Of a stretch of 64,000 bases of DNA, positions 39,301 to 51,210 are shown one piece after another. Source of the stretch: Antedon mediterranea (lineage: Eukaryota > Animalia > Echinodermata); the NCBI RefSeq assembly GCF_964355755.1, contig NC_092679.1, positions 19,327,432-19,391,431 of the forward strand, given 5' to 3'. Every line of letters starts with the position of its first letter. Within the stretch, counting starts at the first letter, position 1. The notes beneath the pieces are model-generated. The model saw only the letters and a program-made list of their open reading frames with translations. It had not been told where the DNA came from and did not search any database. The position numbers were made by a program, and so were the translations under genes.

Positions 39301-42300
39301 GACTTGTTTCTCAAACAAATGCGACAGAAATCAATTTGTAATGCCTTCACAACCACTGTTGATCACTTGCGTGCATTCATTACCAGGATTAATACACATT
39401 TGATCACGAATAGCAACTTTACTATCTACTCAAATTAACACTATTGGTGTTCACCAAGTTTACCCAATAAATGAAGAACAGAAATGGTGAATACATGTTA
39501 ATAGTCTGTAGTTAAGTAAATTGAAATGACTATTGTGGAAATATCTGAACCTTTGCATTGTACCATCCAGAAGTTAATAATAGTGAATAATGAATGTATG
39601 AGTCATATGACAGGAAGTATATAATAATATGTTGGGGGTTTCCCCTCCAGCAAACCCTAACATTTTCATAACACAATATACAATATGAATAATATATAAG
39701 TAAATCAACTGGAACAAATCTATTCAATAGATAATAAAAAAAAATCTTTTAATGTAATTTATGTGTCAATTTGCATCAACAGTAGAACCAGTTTTTAAGC
39801 TAATTATGTGACAAAAAAGTGTGATGTGCCCAAATATGGTAGTGATATGCTTAATTATGGTAGTGATATGACATCATCATGTCCATATATGGGCACATTA
39901 CATTTTCACATATTGTTTGATAGTGTAGACAGAGCTTAAGGGGACACTTTCTGGACAATTTTTAAACCACAATTTTAAGACATAAACTTTAATTTAAGCA
40001 TAATGTATCAACTGTCAAGAAGTATGAATAAAAACTATTAGTCAATTACACAATAGATATACAACTTAATAATAACTTAACAACACAAGTCATTTAAGGG
40101 GGTTATTTTAGGGATTGGTAAGAGTTCCTGTAACAATAAGTCCATTTAGGGGGAATTTTAGGGATTGTAAGTTTTGATATAAATAAATTATTAAAAAAAA
40201 ACAAACAAACCTGATAATCTTGAATAAATGTTTTCTGGATTAGAGGCTAGCCTTATTAGCGGTCTCCCAGCACCTTTGGTGAGTATAAATATTTCATCGT
40301 TGACGACTGACACACCCATGATGCTTCCTAGACTACCGGCGCATCCTCCGACAATCGTTTTATTAATTGGATCAAGAATAAATAAAGAGCTGTACGACCA
40401 AGATATAACTAGTGTTTCTTTATACATTATGACCGGTCCGAGTTGGACTTCACTCTGTCCGTCCTGAATAAGTGATGGAGTGTCTTCGAGAAGTTGAAGC
40501 TGTGGGTAGCCTAGGTTTATAAGATCTTTAAACAGTAAGGTCTCTTCCACTTTCCCGTCCATGTCAGATCGCCACAATCGTAGGCCTGGTCTGGACAAGT
40601 AGAATTTGGCATCACTTGCCTTGCAAACAGCTGGGATGAAATTGGCTCCAAAAGTTCCTTTGCTGTAAAGATAAAATACTTCATTTCATCAACAAAACTA
40701 GTGGAAATAATGGTGCTTGTCTCATACAAAGATAAAACATTAATAAATATATCAAAATATATAATATTAATTTTTATCCAAATAAAAGGTATGTTATTAA
40801 AAGTATACAGTAATTTTTCTCTAATTCCCCTACAAGATGCTATGCTAGATTTAATTTATGTTACAATGTTATTTTCTTTTCTATAATTTCATTTTTAAAA
40901 ATGCTACTCAAAAATATACTCAAGTAATTTCAAAATTTATTTTTAAAGTTTCTCATTTTAAAGTCATGTGAATGACATTAATACTTTCACTTTTCAATGT
41001 ATGTAATCATGTTTCATGTCAATTGTCATGGTGGTTGTTGTTGTTGTTGTCATGGTGGTTGTTGTTGTTGTTGTCATGGTGGTTGTTGTTGTTGTTGTCA
41101 TGGTGGTTGTTGTTGTTGTTGTCATGGTGGTTGTTGTTGTTGTTGTCATGGTGGTTGTTGTTGTTGTTGTCATGGTGGTTGTTGTTGTTGTTGTCATGGT
41201 GGTTGTTGTTGTTGTTGTCATGGTGGTTGTTGTTGTTGTTGTCATGGTGGTTGTTGTTGTTGTTGTCATGGTGGTTGTTGTTGTTGTCATGGTGGTTGTT
41301 GTTGTTGTTGTCATGGTGGTTGTTGTTGTTGTCATGGTGGTTGTTGTTGTTGTTGTCATGGTGGTTGTTGTTGTTGTCATGGTGGTTGTTGTTGTTGTAG
41401 TCATGGTGGTTGTTGTTGTTGTTGTCATAGTGGTTGTTGTTGTTGTTGTTGTGAGGGCGTGTGGCGCAGTGTGTTGGACGTTGGACTACCGATCGTCAGA
41501 CCTAGGTTCGAATCCAACTCTCGCCGCATTGCTTGTATCCGTAGGCAAGATACTTTACTTACGTTGCCTCTCTCAACCCAGGTGTATAAATGGGTACCCA
41601 GTTAGATCTAGACACAACTGCGCTGGTTACCGGCTGCATTATGGGAGTATGTTTCCATACGTGTTTGATCCCAAAAAATACTGGGGTAATAATGCTTGTA
41701 AAGCGCCTTTGAGCATGATTACTCATGAAAAGGGCGCTATATAAATCTGGTATTATTATTGTCATGGTGGTTGTTGTTGTTATGATCAAACTTTGCTCTT
41801 TCCCTCGCTATTCTGAAAGTCTATCAGTAAAGTTATATATTTCAATTTGTATCATTTCATTCATCCATGGTCAAACACAGTAAAATATTGTTGAAATTAT
41901 TTTCATTTGTTCAAAGATAAAAATTCACATAAAATACAAAAATTAGTTAAAAAGGTTAAAATTTGGTACATGTAATGTAAATTACAGATAAAATACATTG
42001 TTTAAAATACAAAATACAAGTAAGATTGGTTTGTGTACAGCATAAAATGATGATTGTTTGCATCTACAAGCTTTGTGGTTTAATGGTAAGATACTAGTCC
42101 TGTCAGTGAAAGGTCATACGTTCAATTCCTTTCTGAGACACTTTTTTCATATGTAGCAAAAAATTGAATGTTGATGCCTGATATGATTAGGACATCATGA
42201 TTATGAGACAATGTTAAAAATGTACCACTTTTCTAAAGATTTGTTTGTTTGATATAATTGTTAAATTCATATTTTTAAAGATTAGATTGTTTTTACTTTA

Positions 42301-42722
42301 CCATTTTCTTGGTTGTTGGCCAACTTGTTTAATACTTTTACTATCAGACTCAAATATTACAGTTCGATACCACGTTGACACAAGAAGTGATTTACGAGAG
42401 TAGCTTAATTGTACCACGGGATCACTTTCCTTTAAGATAACTAAAGTTGTACACTTTTTCTGAAACAAACAAGTTTGTAATATTTAAACAAACTATTTCA
42501 AAAATATACAAACTATAATGACTGATTAGAGAATAAGATACATACACTTTTTGGATTTATATAGTAATAATGATGTGGTTATGAATATATGTTAATTATG
42601 GTTTAATTAATATACAATGATGATAATGATGATAATGATAATGATGATGATAATAAAGTTTATAATGATGATGATAATAATGATGCTGATGAAGTTGATT
42701 GATGATGATAATAATAATAATA

Positions 42723-42820
<98 letters not shown>

Positions 42821-44636
42821 AATAATGATGATGATGATGATGATGATGATGATAATAATGATGATGATGATGATGATAATGATGTCAATTACAATACAAA
42901 CACCTATTAATGTTATTTATTATTATTACTAAATTATTATATTGTTATTGTATTAAATAATAAAATGATGACAATTGTAAAAACAAAAATCAATGTCAAA
43001 TCTAATAGCTACTGTATTATATATCATTTAGGACGTATATCATCACATGACAGGAAGGTTGACACAACAAAAGTAGTAATACTTGTGGCAAATTGGCGTT
43101 ACAAATACAATGGTGCTTTATTATAAGTTGGTGGCGCTCTATATCATGGTGACTAGACATTTTTATTGCTGACAATTTTCAATGAAGATTTTTACTAATT
43201 TTTATTTATTGATGTATTTTATTTGGCTTGTAAATTGCTGAAAAAAAGTTCATATATATATATGTACAAATGTAACAAAAGTTCATATATATATTTAAAA
43301 ATGTAACAAAAGTTCATATATATATATGTACAAATGTAACAAAAGTTCATATATATATGTACAAATGTAACGAATAAATAAAACGGCATTGGTATGTCCG
43401 ACATGGCCAAATAATGTAATCTTTAAATGTAATTTTTTTTATAGCAATCTGGATTTTATACCTTTTAAATGTGTTTTCTACTATTTTTACCTTCTCATGT
43501 TTTTTTCATTTAAGATAAAGGATGATTTTACTACTTACCTCATAGAAGTCTACTTCAGTGCAGACAATGACACCTTGGTTATCACCTGAATATAGCTTCA
43601 TACCATTCGTACTCCATTCAACACATGTTACTTGACTTTTGTGGGCCTTTAATGAAAACATCTCAACCTGAAAAAAAAGGGAGCATTTTAGTTACTTAAA
43701 TAACTTTTATTTATTTATGAATTGTCCCTCAAAAACATGAACAATTAATATTAATAATATCAGACTTCAAATAAGCCATTTTGCATTTTTAATAAAGTTA
43801 TTCACTTCTGTAAAAAAAAAACAAAAAAGAAATAATTATTTCACTTATAAAAAGGCAAAAACAACAGTTAATTTTAACCAGAAACCATTGTCTGACAGAC
43901 AATTTAAGTAAATTTTGCTTTAAATTACATTTTTTTTAGGTAAATAATTTTTTTTTTTTTTTTTTTTTTTTTCAATCCAGTTTTTATCCAAAGTGAATAA
44001 CTATTATGTGACATTAAAATGGCATATTCAACAACAAATTTGAAAAAAAGAACATTTTAGGGGGACAATATTTATTGTTATCTTTAAGATCTCGGATTGG
44101 TTATTTACCTGTTGTGGTCGTCCAGGTTTGGGAAGAAGGTGTAGCTCAACTGTTCCTGTTGATGTTCCTATGGCAACCTGATAATCTAATGCTTTTAACA
44201 TCTTCAATGCTGTTATTTTTCCCGATTTATCCTACAAAAGCAATCATTCATGAATAAACTAATTATTTAATAAATCAGAATTCAAGTATAGGTCTATAAG
44301 GTAACTTCTTTTGGCCTTTTAGCTCACCCTTAATCTCTGTCTACACTATATCAAACTATAGTTTGTGATGTGGCCAATTGAATATATTATGGGCACATAA
44401 AGATAGTGTAGACAGACCCTTACTCCATGTCTTACCTGACATCTTATTTTTGTCATCTGACGATCCTTTCGATTGAGTAGAAAAAGCATTCCAAAATTCA
44501 CACCAATTGCAATGAAGTCTGCATTTACATCCATCGAGAGCCACTCAACATTCAGAGATGTCAGCCCTCGTTGAGCCTTCTTGGGCATTACATTTACGAG
44601 GTAACTCAATGGTTCATATTCTCTCAGATTTTCCAT
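33360..44636 (-). CDS. TECPR2: Tectonin beta-propeller repeat-containing protein 2 (autophagy/ATG8-binding), 1378 aa
   Basis: Exons 44636-44436, 44231-44109, 43667-43539, 42459-42302, 40662-40211, 39059-38523, 38225-36908, 36436-36307, 35843-35654, 35573-35484, 35271-35041, 34739-34449, 33951-33802, 33496-33360 (4137 nt, frame-consistent). N-terminal WD40 (LREYEPLSYL, EWSTNGMKLYSGD, SRPGLRLWRSD), poly-Lys tract, low-complexity middle, TECPR repeats (RYGITERNPLGDYWKKIPG), terminal LIR EEEWDVI*. Confidence 0.93.
34050..34200 (+). mobile_element. Partial copy of the Deu-like SINE
   Basis: ACTCCATGGTTTTGGTGGTGGAAC..TCTTCTCGGATAAGGACTATAAACCGTAGGTCCA matches the reverse complement of about 31900-31970. 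Confidence 0.75.
41025..41452. repeat. Compound (GTT)n-based 21/24-bp minisatellite
   Basis: GTCATGGTG(GTT)4-5 x about 18; one further unit resumes at 41761 after the SINE. Confidence 0.97.
41453..41760 (+). mobile_element. Full-length tRNA-derived CORE-like SINE with L2-type tail
   Basis: A box TGGCGCAGTGTG (about 41462), B box GGTTCGAATCC (41505-41515), CORE-like GGCAAGATACTTTAC...TGCCTCTCTCAACCCAGGTGTATAAATGGG, tail AAGCGCCTTTGAG...GCGCTATATAAAT...(TAT)n. Confidence 0.85.
42617..42885. repeat. (GAT/AAT)n microsatellite
   Basis: Long pure (GAT)n core about 42724-42820 with AAT-interrupted flanks, in TECPR2 intron 3. Confidence 0.97.
43244..43372. repeat. About 33-35 bp tandem repeat, 4 copies
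   Basis: AAAAGTTCATATATATAT(AT)GTACAAATGTAAC x4. Confidence 0.85.
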
Positions 44637-45714
44637 GATTCCCTAAATTTACCCTATAAAAAAATGTGTTTTGTTAGTACATAAATAAAATCATACACTA
44701 TCAATAATGATCACAAGTCACCCATGCCATGATCTCCCAGCCCTTCCTTGTGCCAAGAATTCCCATAGCTAGGCCTACCTTACCTATATATTGCACTAAC
44801 TGCCTGTTTGTAGTACAGTAAAAAGTAAGGCACCTCTTCATCTGGACTGGTGGTACTGGTAGTACTCTTAGGCCTAGCCCCTAGCTAGCTAGTCCTGCTA
44901 TTTCATTATTTAGTTTAGGCCTCACTGCAGGTAATTTATATAATTGAACAAAAAAATATTATAGAAAACAAGGTTAATTCACCGTACCTGTATATTACAA
45001 TTCTGGAGGAAAAACAAACACTTTCTGGTTGACCTCTTTTTTACCGGTTTTATCAAAGAACCGAAGTTCTTTGATTTTATTGCGAAATAAAAATAAGGAG
45101 AAGTCATGTGACAACCATCATTATTTTTATGTGTGACTACCAGAGCGTGAAAGAGCTCGAGAAAAGGAGTCATACCAATCTACGCCCGGGAGGGCCCGGT
45201 ATCACCGGTAGGGAAATACGATATAAAATGTTATCAAGTACATGCTAACATTATATTTAATGTTATTATGATATTTAATTGTACGTTTATACAAAATACT
45301 GATTATGTTTTATTTCTAAACTGAAGTAATGTTTTGTGTGGCGTTGAACGCGTTTGTGAACGCGTTGAGACGAATGAATAATTTAAACAATATTTCAACT
45401 GATTTTAATTTATAAGTTAAATTAAAATAATGTTCATTTTATATTATAAAACCGGGACTCTCTACCAGACGACACCGGGCACCTACCAGACGTCACCGGG
45501 CACCTACCAGACGTTGACGCATATGCGTCGTTTTTGCACCTTTTTTGGAACCCATCATCATCAAAACGCACACAACAACGCACACGTAAATACCAAGAGA
45601 GGGCAGCAAACAATTTGATCGACTTTCCTTTATGTATTTTGTGACACATGAGTAGAGTAAAAACATCTGCGATTTTAGGTCTATAGCTTTAAAAATCATT
45701 AATAAATTGCAATA
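44637..45714. promoter_or_regulatory. Probable bidirectional promoter region TECPR2/RTRAF
   Basis: Start codons diverge 1078 bp apart. CpG-rich patches 45140-45220 and 45340-45590; minus-strand acceptor near 44655 and donor near 44987 imply a TECPR2 5'-UTR exon; 21-bp CTACCAGACG(A/T)CACCGGGCAC repeat; palindrome GACGCATATGCGTC. Confidence 0.55.
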
Positions 45715-48700
45715 ATGTTTAAACGAAAGTTAGACGCATTGGGTTATTGTAGTGGTGATTTACATATTAGAGGTAAATGTATAGTTTTGAATTTGGCTAG
45801 GCCTAGGCTACCGAGTAATTTATGAGTACTACTACTACTAGCTAGGCCTAGCTAGGCCCTCTAGGTTAGGCCTAGTACTAGGCCTACTACTCTAGTAGGT
45901 TAGGGACGATATGCATGGGGAGATGGATGGCGCGCACCATATCCGAGTTCTGAGCATGAGGAGAGGGAGGCCTAGCTTTGGGTTTTTCCCAACAAATATT
46001 GTGGTGACCTGAAAAAGGTTCCAGTTGTTGTTCCAGACAATTTTGGTCAGACTACAAAATTAAATGTTGGGGGAAAAAATAATAAAATAAAAATATTCTT
46101 TTCTTTCTATGTCGTTTTATAAATGTTAATGCCACAAATTATTAATTGTGCAGATGATGTTGAATGGAGAAATTTTGTTTATTGGATTGAAGACCAACGA
46201 ATTCGATTTTATACAATACAAGACAGAGATAACCTGCGTACAGCTACAGGAGAGAAATGGACAGAAGCCTGTGAAAAGGTACCTTTTAACCTGGGTGGGG
46301 CTTGTTGGAACTACAGCCAACAGAGACCTAGATCTTGGTATTTGTTTAGTCGTTTGTCCAAACAAATTCTGAAAAAAAAAATAATGAAATAATTCAAGTC
46401 GCACAATGTCAATAGTTACAGTATTTACTCGCAAGAAAAAAAATATATATATACCTGATAAACAATAATTGAAGCAAAACATTTGTCAACTAGAAGACCA
46501 TCTTGAAGTCAATGTATATACTATATATAAAAATATTGATTAATTTGATTAAAACTACTAAATTGCCTATTCAAAGTTTGATTTAGATGTTTTATAAAAA
46601 ATAAAATGGCATAAAATTAGTAAACATTTCATTATTATTAACCTGTAGTATTTACAAGTCCTACAATGCCCATACAACATAGGGGACAGAGTGGTGATAG
46701 CAGACTGGTTACTTGGACAGGCGGTGAGACTAGAATATGGAGAAAAAGGTAATATGATCAATACTCTTCCATTATTTAATCACCAGGCATAGCGATATCC
46801 AACACTTCAGTCCAAGGGTCCTGGGTTCAAGTCCTGTCATATTTCTGGATTTTTTCTAATGACAAAAATTACAACTCCACTCCCATAGATTTGTAATAAG
46901 ACGTTTTTTATGTAGAGCATCTTGTATATGTTTGTCTTGTGAACAGGATTGCCACCTTTAAGAAGGATAGTGAGGAATTCACTTATGGTTATCCTTGGAA
47001 ATTCGCCTAAATATATAAAAACAAAACTTAGTTAGATTGAGTGAAAGAAATGTCCTCAATCATTGCCCATATATACTAAGAATAAATAGCTGGCACAAGA
47101 TTTTTCAAGAAGGAGCGCTAACATAGTCTGTCAAAAAAAATATATCAAAACGTAATTCATTATTTTATTTCATTTACCAAATAAGAGAAGAGTGCATGCC
47201 CCCAAGAGCAACCTCACTGAATCCACCCATGATTCTCAAGTGTAGTTTAAAACAAACGATCTCTAACATAAATATAATATAATTTATTTTTAGTTGAAAA
47301 ATATAAAGCAGCCTCAGTTGAAAGTATCGTTCATGGAGCAGTCACCAAAGATCCCTTTGAGCATTTTAAATGTAAGCCTTTTTTTTTTCAATTTGATATC
47401 TTTTACTAATGGTTTCTAGGATGCTGCTTATTTGTGACAAGTGAGAAGTTGATTGTTAAGGAGGCCTGTAGAAATTATAGGGGAGATGACGTACCATTTG
47501 GTGCAAAAGTCTCTAGACCCAAAATATGTGTAGAAGTCTCTACACCTCTACCTTATAAAAAAACTCCTGATCATAGTATGTAATTCACTGTCTGCTTTAT
47601 TTGAAATAAAACTTTACTTATATTATTGTACAGAATACCTTCTATAATCTCTACTTGTCTTTTTTCAGTGGATGATTCAAACTTCAAAGCTGGTTTAGCA
47701 TCCATTTGCCGGCAGCTTAACATGCCCGAGCACTTTGATCAGGAAGTAACGCTACGTGGCGTTAGTATCCTGATAAATCAACGTTTGTCCAAAGAGGCAT
47801 TGGAAAACAAACAGTTTACAAGTCAAGAGGTTTGCTATATATATTTAGTAATGTACTTAGGGTTTTTACAACATTATCCGCTTTATAAAACAATGTTATT
47901 ATTATTATTAAGTTATATGCATGATATGCATATAACCTCTTGATTCTGTCAGAATCTTTATTTATTTCTTTATTTATTTATTTATTTATTTATTCTTTCC
48001 TTAGCACTATTTGTCCCTGAATTATCTTGATATCAGTTTCATCTATCTAAGTCAATTTTTCAGAGTATATTCCTTATGGCCAGGAATCGATGTGGTTATG
48101 TTTTCAGGGTGCGCAATCAAACATTACGCGGTCTACGCGCGATTTAACGAAATCACGTTTGTAATCATATCTTCACAAGCATGAATCACTTTTAAACAAA
48201 ATTTGGTACTCATAAATTTCAGGTCATATTTCATCATATGGCAATACAATTACGTGCGTAGCGCATATAACGCATGCGTACGGGCGCTTAAAATGTTGAA
48301 AATTGTCAGAATTTATTTTCGATGAAATTAGAGTACGTTTCAGGCAATTTTAAGCGTTTAAAAAATTGCCATGAGTGCGCAGATTTTTGCATGCGCACTG
48401 CGCGTCAAACATTAATGCGCACTATTTTTGTCCGATTACTGTTGTATAACCTTTCTTTAATAATATCATCATATTTTATTCACTTTTCAACGCGAAACAG
48501 CATTATACGAGCACGTCAAAAGTGACAGGCTACGCACGTGTAAGTTAACAAAAATAATGGTGAAAATATGCTAAATTTTAAAATTAATATATATCGTTAG
48601 AATGCTCGGGAACAACTATTTTTCATTAAATTTTCTTGAAGTGTATGTATCATATGTATGATTTATTATGAAATTAGAAGAACAAAAGTTGATTAAGTCA

Positions 48701-50506
48701 TCATTAATGGCATATTAAATTTAACAAAATTAATTTCGACAATCAAACAAATTATAACATTTTCTTAGGCCAAAATAACAAACTTAACATTAACTTTCTT
48801 CCTTAAGAAGTTCATATATTAAAGTTAAAAGTATATAGTTTGACAGTGCATCGTTTTTTTTATTTTTAAAGATGTCATCATAGTAAAACATTATAATTCA
48901 TTGCGGTATGTAATATCTATCTGCACCAAAGTGTTTACTGCATAGTAAATACACGGAGGAATCTTTCCTTAACTTTTAGTCAGTTGTGTATGGCTCGGTG
49001 GTCTCTGCTTGTGTCTATAGCATTCAAGTACCGAGTTCGAGTCTCACATTGGGAAACCAAACGAAATAAGATTTTTTTAATTATCCGTATTGGTTGTTCA
49101 ATTGTATTTCTTAGTGTTAGATTATACACATGATTTATAATGAAATCTAAATAAAAACACAAATGTGGTTTATGACATTATTATACGCAGAAAGATCTTT
49201 GATCGGATTATGATACCGGCTATTGTATTTGCGTTTGCAAGATCCTATCATATATTATAAATAACTAACAATTCTGAGAAAATCAATCAATCAATATATC
49301 TTAAATCAATCAATTATCTTTATTTAAATCAATGCATATAACCTATAATTCGTCATAGTGACGAATTAAATCTAGTTATTATAGAGGTTTGCAGAATTTA
49401 GACTTGCATATCATTTAACTATTCAATATAACAAGAACTTTTTACTTCAAAACAGCAAGTCTGAGTATAGGCCTAATAAGTATTAGTAATAATCTTGTGC
49501 AGTTTGACTGGAGAGTTATATAAAACAACCTCCTGCTACTAGGCTAAGCATTGCAACATTGTACATCCATCATAGCCTGAAAATAAGCAATCCTGACCAC
49601 ATAAAAAGCCAATATAAATAATGTGTGTAGTTTATTAGTTTGTTGTGTGTATATTAAAATAGACTTGGTGGATTTACTGCAGAGAACAAAAAGTAATCCA
49701 GACATGATAAGCGCTATATAAATGTCGCATTACATTGCATAAGCCAATAATGTGTGTACTTTACTAGATTATACTATGTATATTAATTCATGTAATAATT
49801 AATTAATTTGATTCAAAGGGTGTTGCATTCAATCTGGAGGACTGTCCTTTAGGATTTGATACTGAAGGTAAGTTGAGTTCTTCACTATTTGAACATATTT
49901 TTTCAGAAAACATGGTTATCTTTTGTAAAGACATGGGTATCTTTTCTGCACGTCAACCTGTCTTAAAAACATGAAATAATTCCAACCCAACTAGACTTGC
50001 TTGAGTGATATATATTTCACTGCAATTTGCTTAAGCTCTGTCTACGCTATCAAACAAGTTTGAAAAAAAAATTAATGGTAGTAATATGACATCATCATGT
50101 CCATATATGGGCACATCACATTTTGTGACATAACGTTTCATAGTGGAAACAGAGCTTTAGATTGCAAAATGCAAAAAAAAAATAGAAATTGGTGAAAATT
50201 TGTTTCAATCTGTAAAATATTTTAATCTCATAATTTATTTGTAAATTGAAAGAAATGTTTCTTAACGTTATTCTGATTTTGAAAGAAATAAATGTTTACT
50301 TGATTGATTGATTGATTAATAAGTTATAAATTAATTAAATCTTTTCAGATAGAAACTTAAACGAAGCTGCTAAGGTTTTACGTCTACTTCACGTAAACGA
50401 ACTTCGAGAATTACAGACGAAAATCAATGAAGCGATAGTGAGCGCGCAAAGTGTAACGGCCAATCCCAAGACGGATGAACGGTTAGGAAAAGTTGGTAGG
50501 ATGTAA
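45715..50506 (+). CDS. RTRAF: RNA transcription, translation and transport factor (C14orf166/CGI-99; tRNA-ligase complex subunit), 242 aa
   Basis: join(45715..45772,46154..46278,46649..46748,47294..47371,47669..47829,49819..49867,50349..50506), 729 nt. MFKRKLDALGY, WIEDQRIRFYTIQDRDNLR, DWLLGQAVRLEYG, EAAKVLRLLHVNELRELQTKINEAIV, ANPKTDERLGKVGR. Confidence 0.95.
48060..49260. mobile_element. Probable unclassified transposon insertion in RTRAF intron 5
   Basis: CpG-rich block (CGCG, GCGCATGCG, TACGCACG) that stands out from the AT-rich intron and has no spliceable ORF. Boundaries are approximate and no TIR was identified. Confidence 0.35.
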
Positions 50507-50945
50507 AAATGTATATTACTGTGGATAGCAGTTTGTATGAAGTAATACATACCCGAGAGGTTGGTAGAATGTATAGGTTATCTTGTGCAACATCAATTAT
50601 ACCTATAGCAGTTTGTATAAGGTAAGGGATTATGTGAAAATTATTATACTGCAGTTACTGCAGTAATGAGTCTTTTACTGCAATAACTAAGTTTGTTTCA
50701 AAGAAGAAGTTTATGAGACACTGCAATAATATAAACAGTGTGTATTGTTTTCTAAAGAAAATAATTGCATAAACAAAATGTACAGTAGTTACTGCAGTAA
50801 CTGCAGTAGAATAATTTTGACTTGATTTCAAATAAAACACACACTTGAGAAGTTGGTAGAGTGTAAATAGGTATAGGTTGTTACATCAATTAGACCTATA
50901 GCAGTTTGTAGAAATAACACAACACATGCCTGAGAAGGTATTTAG

Positions 50946-51210
50946 TGCTACTCAACAAGGTTAAAGCTTAGTTCACATTTGGCTGAATGCACATTATGGT
51001 ATAGTAGACAGATTGTGTCTTGATAACAAAGCCAGAGTAGTGTGAACTAATGCTAATCAACAATGTTAAGCTCGGTTCAAATTTGGCTGAATGTTCATAT
51101 AGTACACAGATTGTGTCTTTATAACAAGTGTGAACAGGAATCTAATGCTACTCAACAATGTTAAGCTCAGTTCACATTTGGCTGAATGTACACGGATTGT
51201 GTCTGTATAA
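50946..51210. repeat. Degenerate about 100-bp tandem repeat, about 2.5 copies
   Basis: TGCTACTCAACAA(G/T)GTTAAGCT(C/T)AGTTCACATTTGGCTGAATG...GATTGTGTCT at about 50946, 51051, 51146. Confidence 0.75.

Noticed and set aside
41453-41525. tRNA gene (also tRNA-like stretches at about 7745-7820, 29105-29175, 31975-32044, 42070-42140, 46785-46840)
   Set aside because: A/B boxes are present but I could not form a clean cloverleaf or find a poly-T terminator. The clearer ones continue into SINE bodies, so they are treated as SINE heads or remnants.
40972-41789. Poly-T/V/L and Cys-His-Gly ORFs (metallothionein- or mucin-like)
   Set aside because: Several frames are open because the (GTT)n minisatellite lacks stops; it lies in TECPR2 intron 4 and runs into a SINE.
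42607-42932. Poly-Asp/Ser/Met ORFs
   Set aside because: (GAT)n microsatellite translations.
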